DNA from: Bugula neritina
Lineage: Eukaryota > Animalia > Bryozoa
DNA: 64,000 bases
Assembly (NCBI GenBank): GCA_964035545.1
Contig: OZ037768.1
Span: 4,434,741-4,498,740 of the forward strand
Reading direction: 5' to 3'
Shown here piece after piece: positions 26,293 through 39,100 of this stretch. The notes below the pieces were generated by a model, which did no database searches, was not told the DNA's origin, and was given only the letters and a program-made list of their open reading frames with translations. Every line of letters begins with the position of its first letter. The first letter of the stretch is position 1. The position numbers were made by a program, and so were the translations under genes.

Positions 26293-27273
26293 TTATAGCT
26301 GTGTGGCGTTTAATGTGATTTCCGGTTGTTGAGGTAGAAACTGTTTCAGCTCACTGAATATCATTGTGAAGAAGAATGGATCTGCGTTAATCTTCAACAT
26401 TTTGTCACTCATCTTGTTGATAATATTAACACAGCGAGTCCAAAACCTGTCTCTGTTGTTCTCTGTTAGGAATGGCTTAAGCGGGTAACTAATTTCATTG
26501 CCCATATATGAGTAGCTAAGATAAAGGCAAGTTAAAACAATTGCTTTCAACTGCTTTTCATCCTCGATACCTTCATCTACAAGATCTCTTAGCAACATGT
26601 ACACAAAAACCAAGTTTGCGGGATTAATAAAGCCAATGTCTTGCCACCCTTGAAATAATAGACTTCTATCTACCATTTTCAGCCAATTGGTGACTTCCAC
26701 AACCTGCAGTCGTTGGATCCTTCTGCATCTTTGACATACAAATACGCCAATACATGTAAGAAGTTCAGACGTTGATGCTTGAATGACTCGTTTCTTAGAT
26801 TTACCGATTGTTCCATTGTTGTTGTCTTGAAAGTTCGCAGGAAAAGTGTCAGATTTTTTGAGCAAGCTAATTGTAGCTTTACCTCGGCAATGAACGACGC
26901 CATTTTGTTTGGCATCTGTTGGAAGAGTTGAGCTGCTTATGTTGCTGCTGTCAGCTTTCTTGTGACTAGAGATTGTAAAGCAGCTGATAGATTTCTCTAG
27001 GCCTGTAGCTGTAGTCACTTTGCTCTCTACATCTTCAGAGCTCTTTGTTATCAGTGAACTTCTTTTGCCTAAACTAGAAAATTTCTTCAAACCGAATGTG
27101 CTAAAAAACACTGGAGGTTTTTTCAATCCATGCGACTTTTTTACACTGCCGTTACTCATATCACTGGCCGATGATAAAGACCCATAGCTGATACCAGAAG
27201 ATGACATACTTGATGGAGTTGATTTGGCTTTATGTAGCTTCTGAGTTGGTGAGACTGATAGCACAGTGCCCAT
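26293..27273 (-). CDS. CDK5R1: Cyclin-dependent kinase 5 activator (p35-like), single coding exon, 326 aa
   Basis: Starts MGTVLS (conserved myristoylation N-terminus). p25 core: [79 protein letters not shown]. The ORF-track start at 27327 lies in a probable 5'UTR intron (27311-27434, GTAAGT...TAG). Confidence 0.97.
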   Translation of the reverse strand: MGTVLSVSPTQKLHKAKSTPSSMSSSGISYGSLSSASDMSNGSVKKSHGLKKPPVFFSTFGLKKFSSLGKRSSLITKSSEDVESKVTTATGLEKSISCFTISSHKKADSSNISSSTLPTDAKQNGVVHCRGKATISLLKKSDTFPANFQDNNNGTIGKSKKRVIQASTSELLTCIGVFVCQRCRRIQRLQVVEVTNWLKMVDRSLLFQGWQDIGFINPANLVFVYMLLRDLVDEGIEDEKQLKAIVLTCLYLSYSYMGNEISYPLKPFLTENNRDRFWTRCVNIINKMSDKMLKINADPFFFTMIFSELKQFLPQQPEITLNATQL

Positions 27274-27984
27274 CGTTGGTCGACATGCAAGATCTGCACT
27301 TCCTTCACTGCTACACAATATAAACATCGCTTAAAACACACGGTCATGTTTTGTAAAGTTTAAACTATTCCAGCAAAAACTTTAATATTTAATAAAATAA
27401 TTTAAAGTATCAAGTAATTTTATATGTTACTTACCAGCTTATACAAGCGAGATCACCACTTCTTTGGCCTATAGCAAAATGCTAGTAGCAAACAGTAGTG
27501 AAAAGACTGGAATAGGAGTTACTTCATGGCTCTATACACTTGCATTGATTATCTTATCAACACATACAGTATCCTACTGAGAAATTTTCTTCCAATTTCA
27601 GAAATCGAGAAAAACTGGTGGATGAATTGAGATAAGTCAGCATACTAGTTGTAAGCGTTGATAAGATTTGTACTGACTCTCTTTCTCTCTACAGCATGCT
27701 CCAGCTAGCTGCCTATTTAAATAACAGAGGAAAATCAATTTTCATTGATTTTGCATTACACTAGAGTGTAATTATTGAACTGTGGTCTCATACGACAGTC
27801 TATTGGAGTGTATAAAAATGTACACATGTACATTGCACCTATACATATATGATCTTTTTGTTCATTCATTGTTATTTTACTGCATTTTACTATATATTAG
27901 CAAATACTACTTAATAAATGTTTTATAGTCTATACTATGCAGAACGTTTATTACGTAGTATGATTACACTATAGATGCTATATA

Positions 27985-28250
27985 TAGTATATACATATTA
28001 TATACTGCATACTATATACACTATATACTGTATACTATATACACTATATACAGCATACTATATACACTATATACTGTATACTATATACACTATATACTGT
28101 ATACTATACACACTATATACTGTATACTATATACACTATATACTGTATACTATATACACTATATACTGCATACAATATACACTATATACTTTATACTATA
28201 TACACTATATACTGCATATTATACACTATATACTGCATACAATATTATGC
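27985..28250. repeat. 23-bp minisatellite (CTATATACACTATATACTGTATA)n
   Basis: Visible period of about 23. Confidence 0.9.
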
Positions 28251-29599
28251 ATAGTATAGTTATTTGATTTGCTGGATCCTGTATCTAAAATTGGATATTC
28301 TATGACCTAATGATAACGCGAATAGGCCTATAATATAATATAGTATAATGCTATGCAATTCTAAACATTATAGGCAGCACATATGCTTTTTCTTAGAACA
28401 TATCATAATTTAAAAGAAGAAGTCATCTAATATATCTTTCCAGCGATTTGTTTATTCCTAAATTTGTTCTTTAAATCAGGTAAACCTATTCGTTTTGGGC
28501 AACATAAATTCTTATTATATCTCATATGCTATGTATTTAGCCTGCATTTCCAAATATATTTTATCACATTATTTACAATTATCTTGCTGGATACTAATTT
28601 TAAGAAAATTGTTAAGTATTAAATGTTTAGTATTGTGAAAGAAGGCCACAAGTTATTTTGAAATGCTAGCAACTCATCCATCATGGTTTTACTAAAAAGA
28701 ATAGTTTTTCACCATCTTATGTTTGTTGTGCACTCAGGTCAAGACTTAGGTTTGTCGCAATAATATTTTTTGTGAGAAATCCAACTGAAGATATTCTTTG
28801 AAGCCTCAACAATGCTCCTTGATTTGGTTTCACCACTAACCTGACAGCTCTTAGTGGTCTTTAAGAATGGAGTTATGTAAGAGTTTGGAAGATGGTGAAT
28901 GTATATAATACTTATTTGTGGCTTTCATACGCTCAACTAACACATTCCAAACTGCAAGGGACATAAATCCAATATAAGACCTACTCCTCACCATAATCAC
29001 ATATTATATAAAGTGGTGATATAGTTTGGTGTATACCAAATGAAATGGAAACAAATTATGTAAACAATGTAACTAACTTGTTATATAATGAAAGAACTAA
29101 TTATCTTAATATATTTTATATTCATATTTTATTTATATGTTTTAACTTGTTTAGATTTTTAACGAGAAAGCAAATTGTAAAACAATTAGATAGTAGTTGT
29201 CTGTAGTGTTAGTTCTCTACAGTATTACTCATCATGCAACTAGGATGAATGTAGAGAGCAACTATTTATAGGTTGTTCAACATTATCTATAGGAAGTGTG
29301 CATGTTGTTAATGAATATCATAGAATGTTTTTATGAGGAGTGTTTTTAATAGGTTGTGATATAAAATAGTTTTACTAAACTTCTCAATAACCGTAGTTGT
29401 GTGATAATTGTGACAGCCGATAGTGGTTACTGTATCAGCTGATAATTGTAGCTGCGTCAGCACGGGTGCTGTTTGGCACGGATGCCTATGTATTGTGATT
29501 CACTTAATGAAGGGTGAATGGATGGAGGACACAGATGCAGGCCACAACTCTATTTTTGTCTATTGCCAACAGTATATTTTCTAAGTTAGACTTCATTCA

Positions 29600-29676
29600 T
29601 ACTTAGACTCGTACTCGTACTCATACTCGTACTTTTACTTTACTTGTACTCATACTTTACTTTACTTTACTTTACT
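29600..29676. repeat. Compound microsatellite (ACTCGT)n/(ACTTT)n
   Basis: Direct inspection. Confidence 0.75.
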
Positions 29677-30990
29677 GTAACCTATAACCATGAAAATTAC
29701 AAGCATATTGTTAACTTAACATTAATTACATAGCTGACAAAACATTTAGTTAATGAAGTTCAAAACAAAAGATAATATAATACTTGATACTTACAATTAT
29801 TTTGACAATTATAAGTATAGATTGCCTGCATCTTCAGCAGGAGGAAAACTGAGCTACACTGACTCATCTACCAAAAACTGTCAGTAAATAGCTATCGTGA
29901 AAGCTTTCACAAATAGCTTTCGTTACACAATGATTTTTGAAAAGCTGCCAAAAAGCCACTGCAACAATAATACAGTGAATGTATTATTATCAATGTGTTC
30001 TAGTTATGTTTGTAAGAGTTGTCTGTCTCCAGTAAAGTGCTAAACCGGTGATATTGGCTTTTTAAAAATTTAGATTTAAACTAATCTTTACAAGTATAAA
30101 TAAATATATTTTGATGTAAAGGCTATTTTTAACTTGCTCTGACAAAATGTTATTGCCAGGAAGAGAACCATCCAAATCTCTGTTTCGTATCCCAGAAGCT
30201 TTTCCACGAGGGTTTGTGTTGTAACAGCCAATGACCACCTGCACATTATTACAGGAGAATCTCTTTTGACACAACACGGCTGGGAATCTTCCAGTTTATT
30301 GCCTCGGGTCCTGTGCCAAAATCTCTTAGTCCACGTGATACTTTATTAGTTGGCTATAATCTTTTTAGACCGCCAATTATGAGAATATTAAATATAAATA
30401 CTGTAGCTTGCTTTGCATGTACCATGCAGTGCTATGCTGATTATTAATGATAAATCAGTTAATTATACATAACAGGTGTAATTATAATCAGGGCTTTTAA
30501 GTGGAAGAGTAGAAAATGATATCATTAAGTTTTTGGCACAATTTTCAAAAATTAAACACATGTTCAAAATTTTGCCTGCATATTAATTTCTAGAGCCTAA
30601 AATTAATTCCATCTCCTATGTTTAATAAATTGACCAAAATGTGTACAATGGACATTTTGCATTTTATGGTTTCCAACACCTGTGCTGAGTGTTCGCTAAT
30701 ACTGCCCACAAACCTACCTGTGCTGGCTGTTGGCCAACTCTCTATCATACAATGGAGCAATTACCAAACTGCAACATGAGTATAAATAATATTATCTAGT
30801 AACATGTGTTTGTTCAAGGCATTGTGTTGTCATTTTTGTAACCACTTTTTCTGTGTTTGATAATAATTAACCCATTCATAATAATATATTCTTTGTATAG
30901 AAATTTCTTACATCATTTGTAGGTTTACTGAGCAAGTTTCACAAGTGCAATTCACTGCCAGCTGTCATAAGCTGTAACATGGTTACCACC

Positions 30991-31164
30991 TTTTTATTAT
31001 ATACAAAGTACCCATCCATGTGAGAACCCCAAATCTAAGGGTTGTTAATTAGGCTAAAGACTTGTGCGTACTGTGGCACTAGAGCAATTAGGATTGAATG
31101 CTGTTAAGACTCGAACCTATGACCTGTGAAGCCAGCGCTCTAACCACTGCACCACAACTACTCC
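30991..31164 (-). mobile_element. tRNA-derived SINE (or tRNA pseudogene-like head) with Pol III A and B boxes
   Basis: Minus strand GGAGTAGTTG-TGGTGCAGTGG(A box)-TTAGAGCGCTGGCTTCACAGGTCATA-GGTTCGAGTC(B box), followed by a ~110-nt non-tRNA body and an A-rich end. No acceptor stem and a shortened anticodon region, so not a functional tRNA. Confidence 0.7.
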
Positions 31165-33719
31165 TTTGCAGTACATGGTAAACTGAATTGTGTTTATTTT
31201 ACCTGTTAAATCCATGTAGATTGTAGGATTTAATAACTTAAGAAATCAAAATAGCTAGCAAAATAAACAAATTATGAGGACTGCAAGACAGCATGCACCC
31301 TAAAATGTTATTGTATATTTTGACATTTTAGTATGACAGTTTATTTAGTATATAAAAGTTTTGCACTTTTTTAGACATACTCTGTTAAATAACTTTAACA
31401 ATCATACGTTCACTAAGAAAAGCAAGATCTAGGTTGTCTGAATGGAGTATTATGCACGAAATATTTCTTCCTCCACACATTGCTGTAGCGGCACTTTCCA
31501 CTAGCTAATTCTCCTTTTCAATCACTTCAGAAGTTACAGCAATAATCCTTTTAGTGCAATTGTTATGCATTAAAACTTAAGATTAAATTCCAGCCTAGCA
31601 ACTACTATAAGTAGTTTACACTGTGAACAGTTTTTATCTCTGATGGGAATTTTTTTCAAAACTCAAACATTACAGATTTAGATTAACTGATATTATTGGA
31701 TTATGCAATAACAATGACTCTCAAGATAAAAATAACATCTGTATTGTCTCCACATTGTCTCTTATTTCTACCTCCCCAAGACAAGTGGGGTGGCATTCTA
31801 GTTAGGACGATAAGTTGATAGTCTCTCAAGTAGCTGAAATGCACCAGATTCTGTATTGTGGTCCAATTTGTTTAATGTTGTTGACAACCAGTTATGCTTT
31901 TTCTTCAGTGCAGTGATCAAAGATAGTTTGTTATCAAAAAATCTTTTAGTATTGTGAAAAAGGAAATGAGAATTCAAGCCAAATCTTTCTTATTTTTGTA
32001 TTCAGATTTCAAAGGCTTTTATTGGCCCTCAGTTAAGTAACATCAAACCTAAAAGCACATATTTCTTGTAAAAGAAATTGAGTAAAAAGAATTGTTTTAT
32101 GTTATAAACTGATATTTGAAAAGAATTTGTGAAAGAGGAATACATCCTGATTAGTATAGCTAGCCGAGAAAGAAAAACAATTAATTAGCTAAAAAACAGG
32201 TTGTTGGAAAACTTCTCTTGACAAGTTGGCACATTATTTATACAACTCGCAATATGATGGTTTTGGGTTCAATACCCTGTGATACACTCATCAATCGATA
32301 TAAGCACCACAGACTGATGAACTGCTGGCAAAGGTTTATTTTATTGCAAAAAAATCACTCAAGCAATTCATGTCATGACCATTGATTAATATTTTCATTT
32401 TAAAATCACATAGGATTACTACCAATATTATCTTATGTTGTAATATTATATTATACCTTTATGCATTATATTATATTATTTTATAATATTATGATATATT
32501 ATGATGCATAATATAATACTGTATATACTATATTATATGATACTATACTCTGGTAAAACTCTTTAGACTAAGATTTTTTGCTTTTGTCCAAAATTCATTT
32601 AAATAGCTAGTAGCTAGGTACTAAGCCTATGTGGGTAACATTCTATATTCTGCCTAATCTTTTTAGGTTTGTGTGCGGATAGTAAGTATGTTATTATATT
32701 TTCCTTTTTATTTTTGTAGCTTTCAAATCTAAGCAAACTATTACATAATAGTTTAGTATCATTATATATAGAGTTTCGCCAGTAATTATATAAGACAACC
32801 ATGCAGAAAAGCTTTTAAATGAATCACCATCTTTGCCTTCTTTTTTATATCGTTTAGATTAAGCTTAAAATAAAAATAAGATATTTTAGACACTTGCTAT
32901 GCATTTTATTGGTATATCATTGCTTGAATTTGTATATTAATTGTATACTATTTGGGCATCTGAAACTCAAGCGCATGTACTATAAGCTGCTATAACAGTA
33001 TAGTATATATAGACATTGAACAGAGATGAATATTACTTGCATCAATGTGTAGGTGATTAGATACTCAGAACTCCAAAGTATATAAATAGGAGTCTATTTC
33101 TACTGCAGCTACTTCAGAATGCATCTGGAGTTATCTTCTTCTATTGGTTGCAAAGTTTTATCTAAAACTATTCTTTCAAAATTTCATTTTGCTAAAACTA
33201 CAAATTTCAAACTTTGTTTTTTACCATTACCTTGTTTTTCTCCTACTTGCTTGTCAACTGAAAGTAAGAAAAATATTAAAAGTTTTATTTTTAAGAAAGT
33301 GATTTATACCTACTTAATTTATTGCTGAATTTTGTACTGCAGCCGACGCAAATTTGAAAAGGAACACTAGCTGCTACAGTTACATAGATGTATAAAGCAA
33401 ATATGCTTTTACAAACTTCTGCTGAACATATCAATGGAAACAAACACTTTCTCAGTGAATTTGACTCGTTGCTGTTAAATAAAATCATATCATTAATATT
33501 TCTTGTATTATTTCCATTTTTAGATGCGATAATTTAATCTATATACTATATAAAAGTCATATATAAGACAGACTATGAGCTGGATTCATATTACAGCTAA
33601 AGTTTGCAAGTTTGTTAATATTTTATAAATCATTAGTCAGTTTCTTTCCGCTTGGGGTTGACTGCTGAGAATTTTATTATATAAAACATAATACACTTTT
33701 ATACATTATATTACTCGGT

Positions 33720-33724
<5 letters not shown>

Positions 33725-33803
<79 letters not shown>
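33725..33803. repeat. (TA)n microsatellite, ~40 units
   Basis: Direct inspection. Confidence 0.98.
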
Positions 33804-33810
<7 letters not shown>

Positions 33811-35940
33811 TATAATATTAGTTGCATATTCTTGTTATATATTCCAATATGAATACAGACACCTGTAGAAGTAATGTATAAACCAGTGTTTAGTACCAGT
33901 ACATGCCAACAATAACTTTCAGCACATACAACAGTTGATGAAAATAAATGAGGTCTCTCAATTTTTGTTATGATTTCAGAGTTAAACACTTGCGCTCTGT
34001 CATCAACTCATAGACAAAAACTTATCAATGCATGTAATTAAACAAAACTATGATTTCATAAGTACAGAGTTAACTAAATGAGTGTATGTTGTTGAGAAGT
34101 TATGCTTGGCCGAAGTTAAGAGTTATTCTTCACTTATATTTTTCTTTTTCATCACCTCTTTCAACAGCTCAATAACCTTTAACCTATGCATTCCTAATGT
34201 ATCTATCATTGTTTTAGGCAGACGATTTAACTTTAATCCTTTAACTAATACTCATGATTGCATATCTGTAACTCAAAAACAATGACATGCACCAAGAAAG
34301 TAGTCGCCTTAAAACTGCATTTCATGCATAATAAATTTTTATTGATATGCATCAACACTGCATAAAAATATTGCCTTATAAAAGTACATCGCACATAATC
34401 CAATATAGTTTGCATAAAATATTGCGTAATATAATATAAAGCATAATATGTTGCAAAATATTAGAATATTATGTAATGTAATATAATATATATTCACTTA
34501 GCAAGCTGTGAAGAGAAATCTGTCTATATGCATGGGTATAACTTAACTTAATCTTACTTAGTCATGGCATCTCAATGCTACGAAATAAGCACAGACTCTG
34601 TGCAAGAGATGGATCTTGTGATATTAGAGACTTATTCAGAATGTTAGGTAAGGTTTCAGAGGAGTATATTATGATTTATCGATCATCAAAGGCCATTGAA
34701 ATGAAACGAATGATTAGACTATAGTGTCAGAGATACTGATCAGTATAAAATCATTGAGTGTAACACAAGTTGACCTTTTCTACATCATTATCAGTCTGCA
34801 GGGCTGAATGTGGCGCCTCCACACAAGTGTTTTGTGTCACGCTGCATGCATATGAATATGACTATAAATCGGTGGCTAAGTCTTTAGTCAAATGCATGTA
34901 TATTACCAACGCCAGCCCTCCCCACTCCTTAGTCCTTACTCCTTAGGATAGTCTCATATACTGACCACAACGTATTAATAGATGCAAGATATAATGTCAA
35001 CAGTGGCCACAAAAACCATTTTCTTGAATTAGAAATAACTGCTTGGATCTTTTATGCAAGGCTTTTTCAAGTCAGTGTAACAAATGAACAAACTGATCAC
35101 GTGGCCACATAGAGAACAAAATTTCCAGGTCATGAAAGTTACATAAGTGAAAATTCTTATGTTAGATAGATCTATGTCTTTTTATTTGAAGTTTCTAAAA
35201 AAATTAATGGTTTAAAGTTATATAAGCTAAATAGTTGTTAAAATGTTACCATTTGTTTCGTGTGTCCATGTGCTTTTTTTATTCAAACGAAGTTGAATTA
35301 TTTATTTCCATATGTAATTATGCAATATTTTTTCATCTTTTTCTAGGCATTCAATGTACAAAAATAAGATCAAATACCAAAATCAAAAAATACAATTATT
35401 TAATACTCTTATGTATTTAAACAGATTGTCAATAATAATGTACACACCATATCTCTTTATTATGTCAAATAAAAATGCATAACTCATTACTATAGTATAA
35501 TGGTACATCTTGTACCTATATGTCTCAATAGATCCCTTCCCTACATCAATATATTCAACTATTTTATGTTGTATCTAAGCTATTATTCATGCTTCCACGA
35601 GTCATAAACAGCTTATTTTTTATCACATGAGTTTATGCTAAGTCTCGTCAACATATTATCTCAGTTGGGTGCCTCTTCAGCAATACAATATGGGTGCATG
35701 CTGGGTTATATCAAATGGTGGCTAGGTTTGGTTGATTTTGGCAGACAGTGGGTTGACTAAACATTAATTTATATTAATATCCCTTCCCCTTACTCATAGA
35801 ACATTGTCTCTGAAGCATATCAACTAATATTACTCAAAGCCTACTGCAAAGAGGCCACTTAAAAGGTTGGCCTACCTGTCTCCACATTTAATAAATTCTA
35901 ATTGAATTATTTGCCAGGGCACATCAGTATCGGCTCTATG

Positions 35941-36004
35941 ATTGGCTATTAACATCAACGTTGGCTTTAATCTCTCGCATCTAATTGGCTAATGTGACCA
36001 CGTG
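35941..36004 (+). promoter_or_regulatory. Putative BAMBI proximal promoter: two inverted CCAAT boxes (ATTGGCT) and a CACGTG E-box
   Basis: ATTGGCT at 35941 and ~35984, CACGTG at 35999-36004, about 180-240 nt upstream of the ATG at 36185. Confidence 0.45.
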
Positions 36005-36184
36005 TCGAAAACATTCAGATTTCTGACTACTTCGCCTAAAATCCAATACCTCATGGAAAGTCATTTAGATATTAAAACATTAGCTGCGTGGTTGGGATTC
36101 TGAAGAGCTCAACAAGTTTTAAGTCTTGATAATCAAAGGGTTCAACTTCTGGTTAGTTAGAAGGAGGACGAAGTAAACTCAGCG

Positions 36185-39100
36185 ATGGCTGATCATCATA
36201 GAGTGTCATGGTGGAATAAGATAATCATATGCCTGCTTTGCTGCACATTAGCTGCTCAAGGTAAGTTAACATCGTGTGTAGTTACACTTACAACTAATCA
36301 TTTAATAGGTTAAAAGTAAATGTGAAGGTGAAGCAGCAAAGACCGATAAAATCACAATGATAAAATTTCTTGTTTTCTGTCTGTTAACTTGCAGTCATTA
36401 GCAATGGCTGCCACAGCAGTGTGTTGAATAGATATTCGCTAATATTATTGTTAAAAATGAACCTTTTCAATTTGTTGAGTTATTACAAGATGAATAACAC
36501 TTTGCCTGTTGAGATGTATTTATAATATAAATATTATCTTTAAGACTAGAATAATAAGTCGACTTAGTGCAACTTGATGTTGGTGTACCTAATAACTTTT
36601 GAGTTTTGACTTGAAATCCCGGCTTACTAAAAGTCACATAACATTGAATTTGTTGTTAAAGTGTATTAATTTGATCAAGGATTATCCATAAAAATACTAG
36701 TATAATAACGATTATAAACTTTCCAGCATTTTCTGCTAAGTAACGATGGACAAACTTCTTAACAATGCTGATAATTCTAATATCGGAAGCAGTGGGAAAA
36801 TAAAATCAGTATTATTTTGGCTTGTTAACTGTATCAACATTATTAGCATTCATGCAGTATTTTTCATTTAAAACATATATAGTAAGGGAGTGGTTCGAGA
36901 TTGGAGCTGCAGTGCCATTGCAACATTCTGTTGAATAGATACAAGATAGTTACACTTTAGGAACTATGTCTACTGAGTATTTACTTTGGCATCTGTTTTA
37001 ATTAGTTGAGTTCTTCCTCTGTGAGAATAATAAGATTATTAAGTACAGTTTCAACCAGCTACCAGAATGGTAAACCGGGAGGCATATTTTAGCCTGACCT
37101 GTAGTAGTGTTAGTGGATGACAGTTACCATAATAATGCACTGGTTGATCTTACATTGGTTTCCTGTGTTGGTACTCTTGCATAGCATTACTATTATTATT
37201 AAAATTCTCCTAAAGACTCAATGAGACAAATATGACAGCTGCCCTATTACCATGATTTATATTTTTCAGCCAGCCTATTAAAATCATTAAATATTAAGTT
37301 TTATTTGTGATATACAATTGGAAACCATCAGATTAATGGGAAAAGTTCTTTGGAGCATATAGAATGAGATCTGATAAAGCTGTTTATGGTTGAGTTGCTG
37401 GTAAATCGTAGAATATTATGCTAACCTTGAGATAGTCACCATCTTTGTGTGCGGACTTCCCTGTCATCTATTGTTATGTTTGTATACAGCTTTGATTTTT
37501 GTAATTGTTTGACAATGTAATAGTGAGGGAGTGTAGGGTTGCACATGTAACGTGATAGAATTGAGTTAGACGTAGAATTACCAGTTATTTCAGAGCATTC
37601 AACAGAACTATAGTCGAAGTAGTCGCACTGACTAGTGTTGTTGTAGTGTTGTAGGTGGGTACATCATGATAACACTAAAGAGAAACAATAACTTTACTTG
37701 TCTACAATTCAATGCTGAGACACTCAATAATGAGCTAGACAGTTAACTTGATTAAATCTAAAATTATCTGAGCAAAAGAGGTGGACTACATGTTTGCTTT
37801 TCTGAGTTGATACAGAGGCTCTAATGTATATAGTTCAACTAAATGCATAATCCACCAACCATAGAGTATTCTAAAGGGTGATATTTACCAATAGCTAATC
37901 ATTCCTATAAGCCACAACTTGCAGCAGTTTTATAATATATATACACTCGTCAAAAAATATAGGATATTGCTTTTGAGACTTATTGGTGAGATTTATTATG
38001 TGAGTTGACCAGGTTTATTAGGTTGACAAATTTTATAGAGTCTAATTTGAAAATGGCAACAAAGATATTGGGCACTCCCCCTTCTGAAACATATTTTGCG
38101 AATGCTTTCTGAGTTGGCCTAAAATGCTTATTAGAAAATCTTAATCATCTAAATACACTCTTTCATACATAAAACACTACGTAGTTAATTCTTCTTCTTT
38201 TGCTTCTTCAAACCACAAGTATGAATTTCAGTTTTAAACAGTGGCATAACTAACACTGATAAATAAACATTATGCATTGTTGGGTTTGTTTACCAGGCTT
38301 AGCCACTCTACTAGCAAAGCACTGATCCATAACAAGGAATCATCTACTAGGCATCAGTAGGAAAGAGACTTGAGTGCTTAATTGGTTTCATTTTCAAAAA
38401 TTAAACACAATAGTATGTGGTTTGTCTAAACTGTTAGCTCGAGGCAATCAAAAGTCGACTCAATTGGATCAAAGTGATTGTACAGCAGGAGTCCTTGTTA
38501 GTTACTCTTTTCATTTCACATAGTCAATGCTGCCACATTAGGCAGCATGAAAACGTTTTTAACTGTTAGTAAATTTTTACCTTTTATTAGTTGGATTTAG
38601 ATTATAAAAAATCAATAAATAATCCATGTTTTCTAAAGACTGCATCAATTTCTGGTTGGGCTTACTGTACTCATTGCCATCATTATTTCAGTATAAGCAA
38701 GCATACCATGAATTTGATTTGTTATAAAACCAACAAGGCGTGTGGTTTCATTCCACCTGCCACAGAACTCTGTCTGCCCCTTGTTTAACATAAAATATGT
38801 AAATAGAGCATATGGTTTGACATTTTATTTATTTGTATTTATAATCTATATTCTTACAACTATATGTAACTACAGCCTCTACTCATCATTAAGATAAATA
38901 AGTTACAAATAATTGATAGCTCATCTGCTGAGTCCAGCTAACTAATGAGTTTCAAGTCTATACAATGTTTACACCACCTAGTCAGGTGACACTGACTAAC
39001 TAGGAGGCAGCAGGGGTGGCAGGCAGCGGCAGCACCTCATTGTATATGATGCCGGATGCCAATGTTGCCTGTCAAATCTACTATTTTTTATCCAAAAGCC

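Noticed and set aside
31090-31164. Functional tRNA gene
   Set aside because: A and B boxes are present but there is no acceptor-stem pairing or full anticodon arm; treated as a SINE head.
33100-34260. Exon-like minus-strand segments suggesting a pseudogene or TE remnant
   Set aside because: Stops in frame, no consistent phases and no recognisable domain.
37943-37970. Tc1/mariner-like TIR start (TA-CACTCGTCAAAAAATATAGGATA)
   Set aside because: No matching inverted end or transposase remnant was found in the window.
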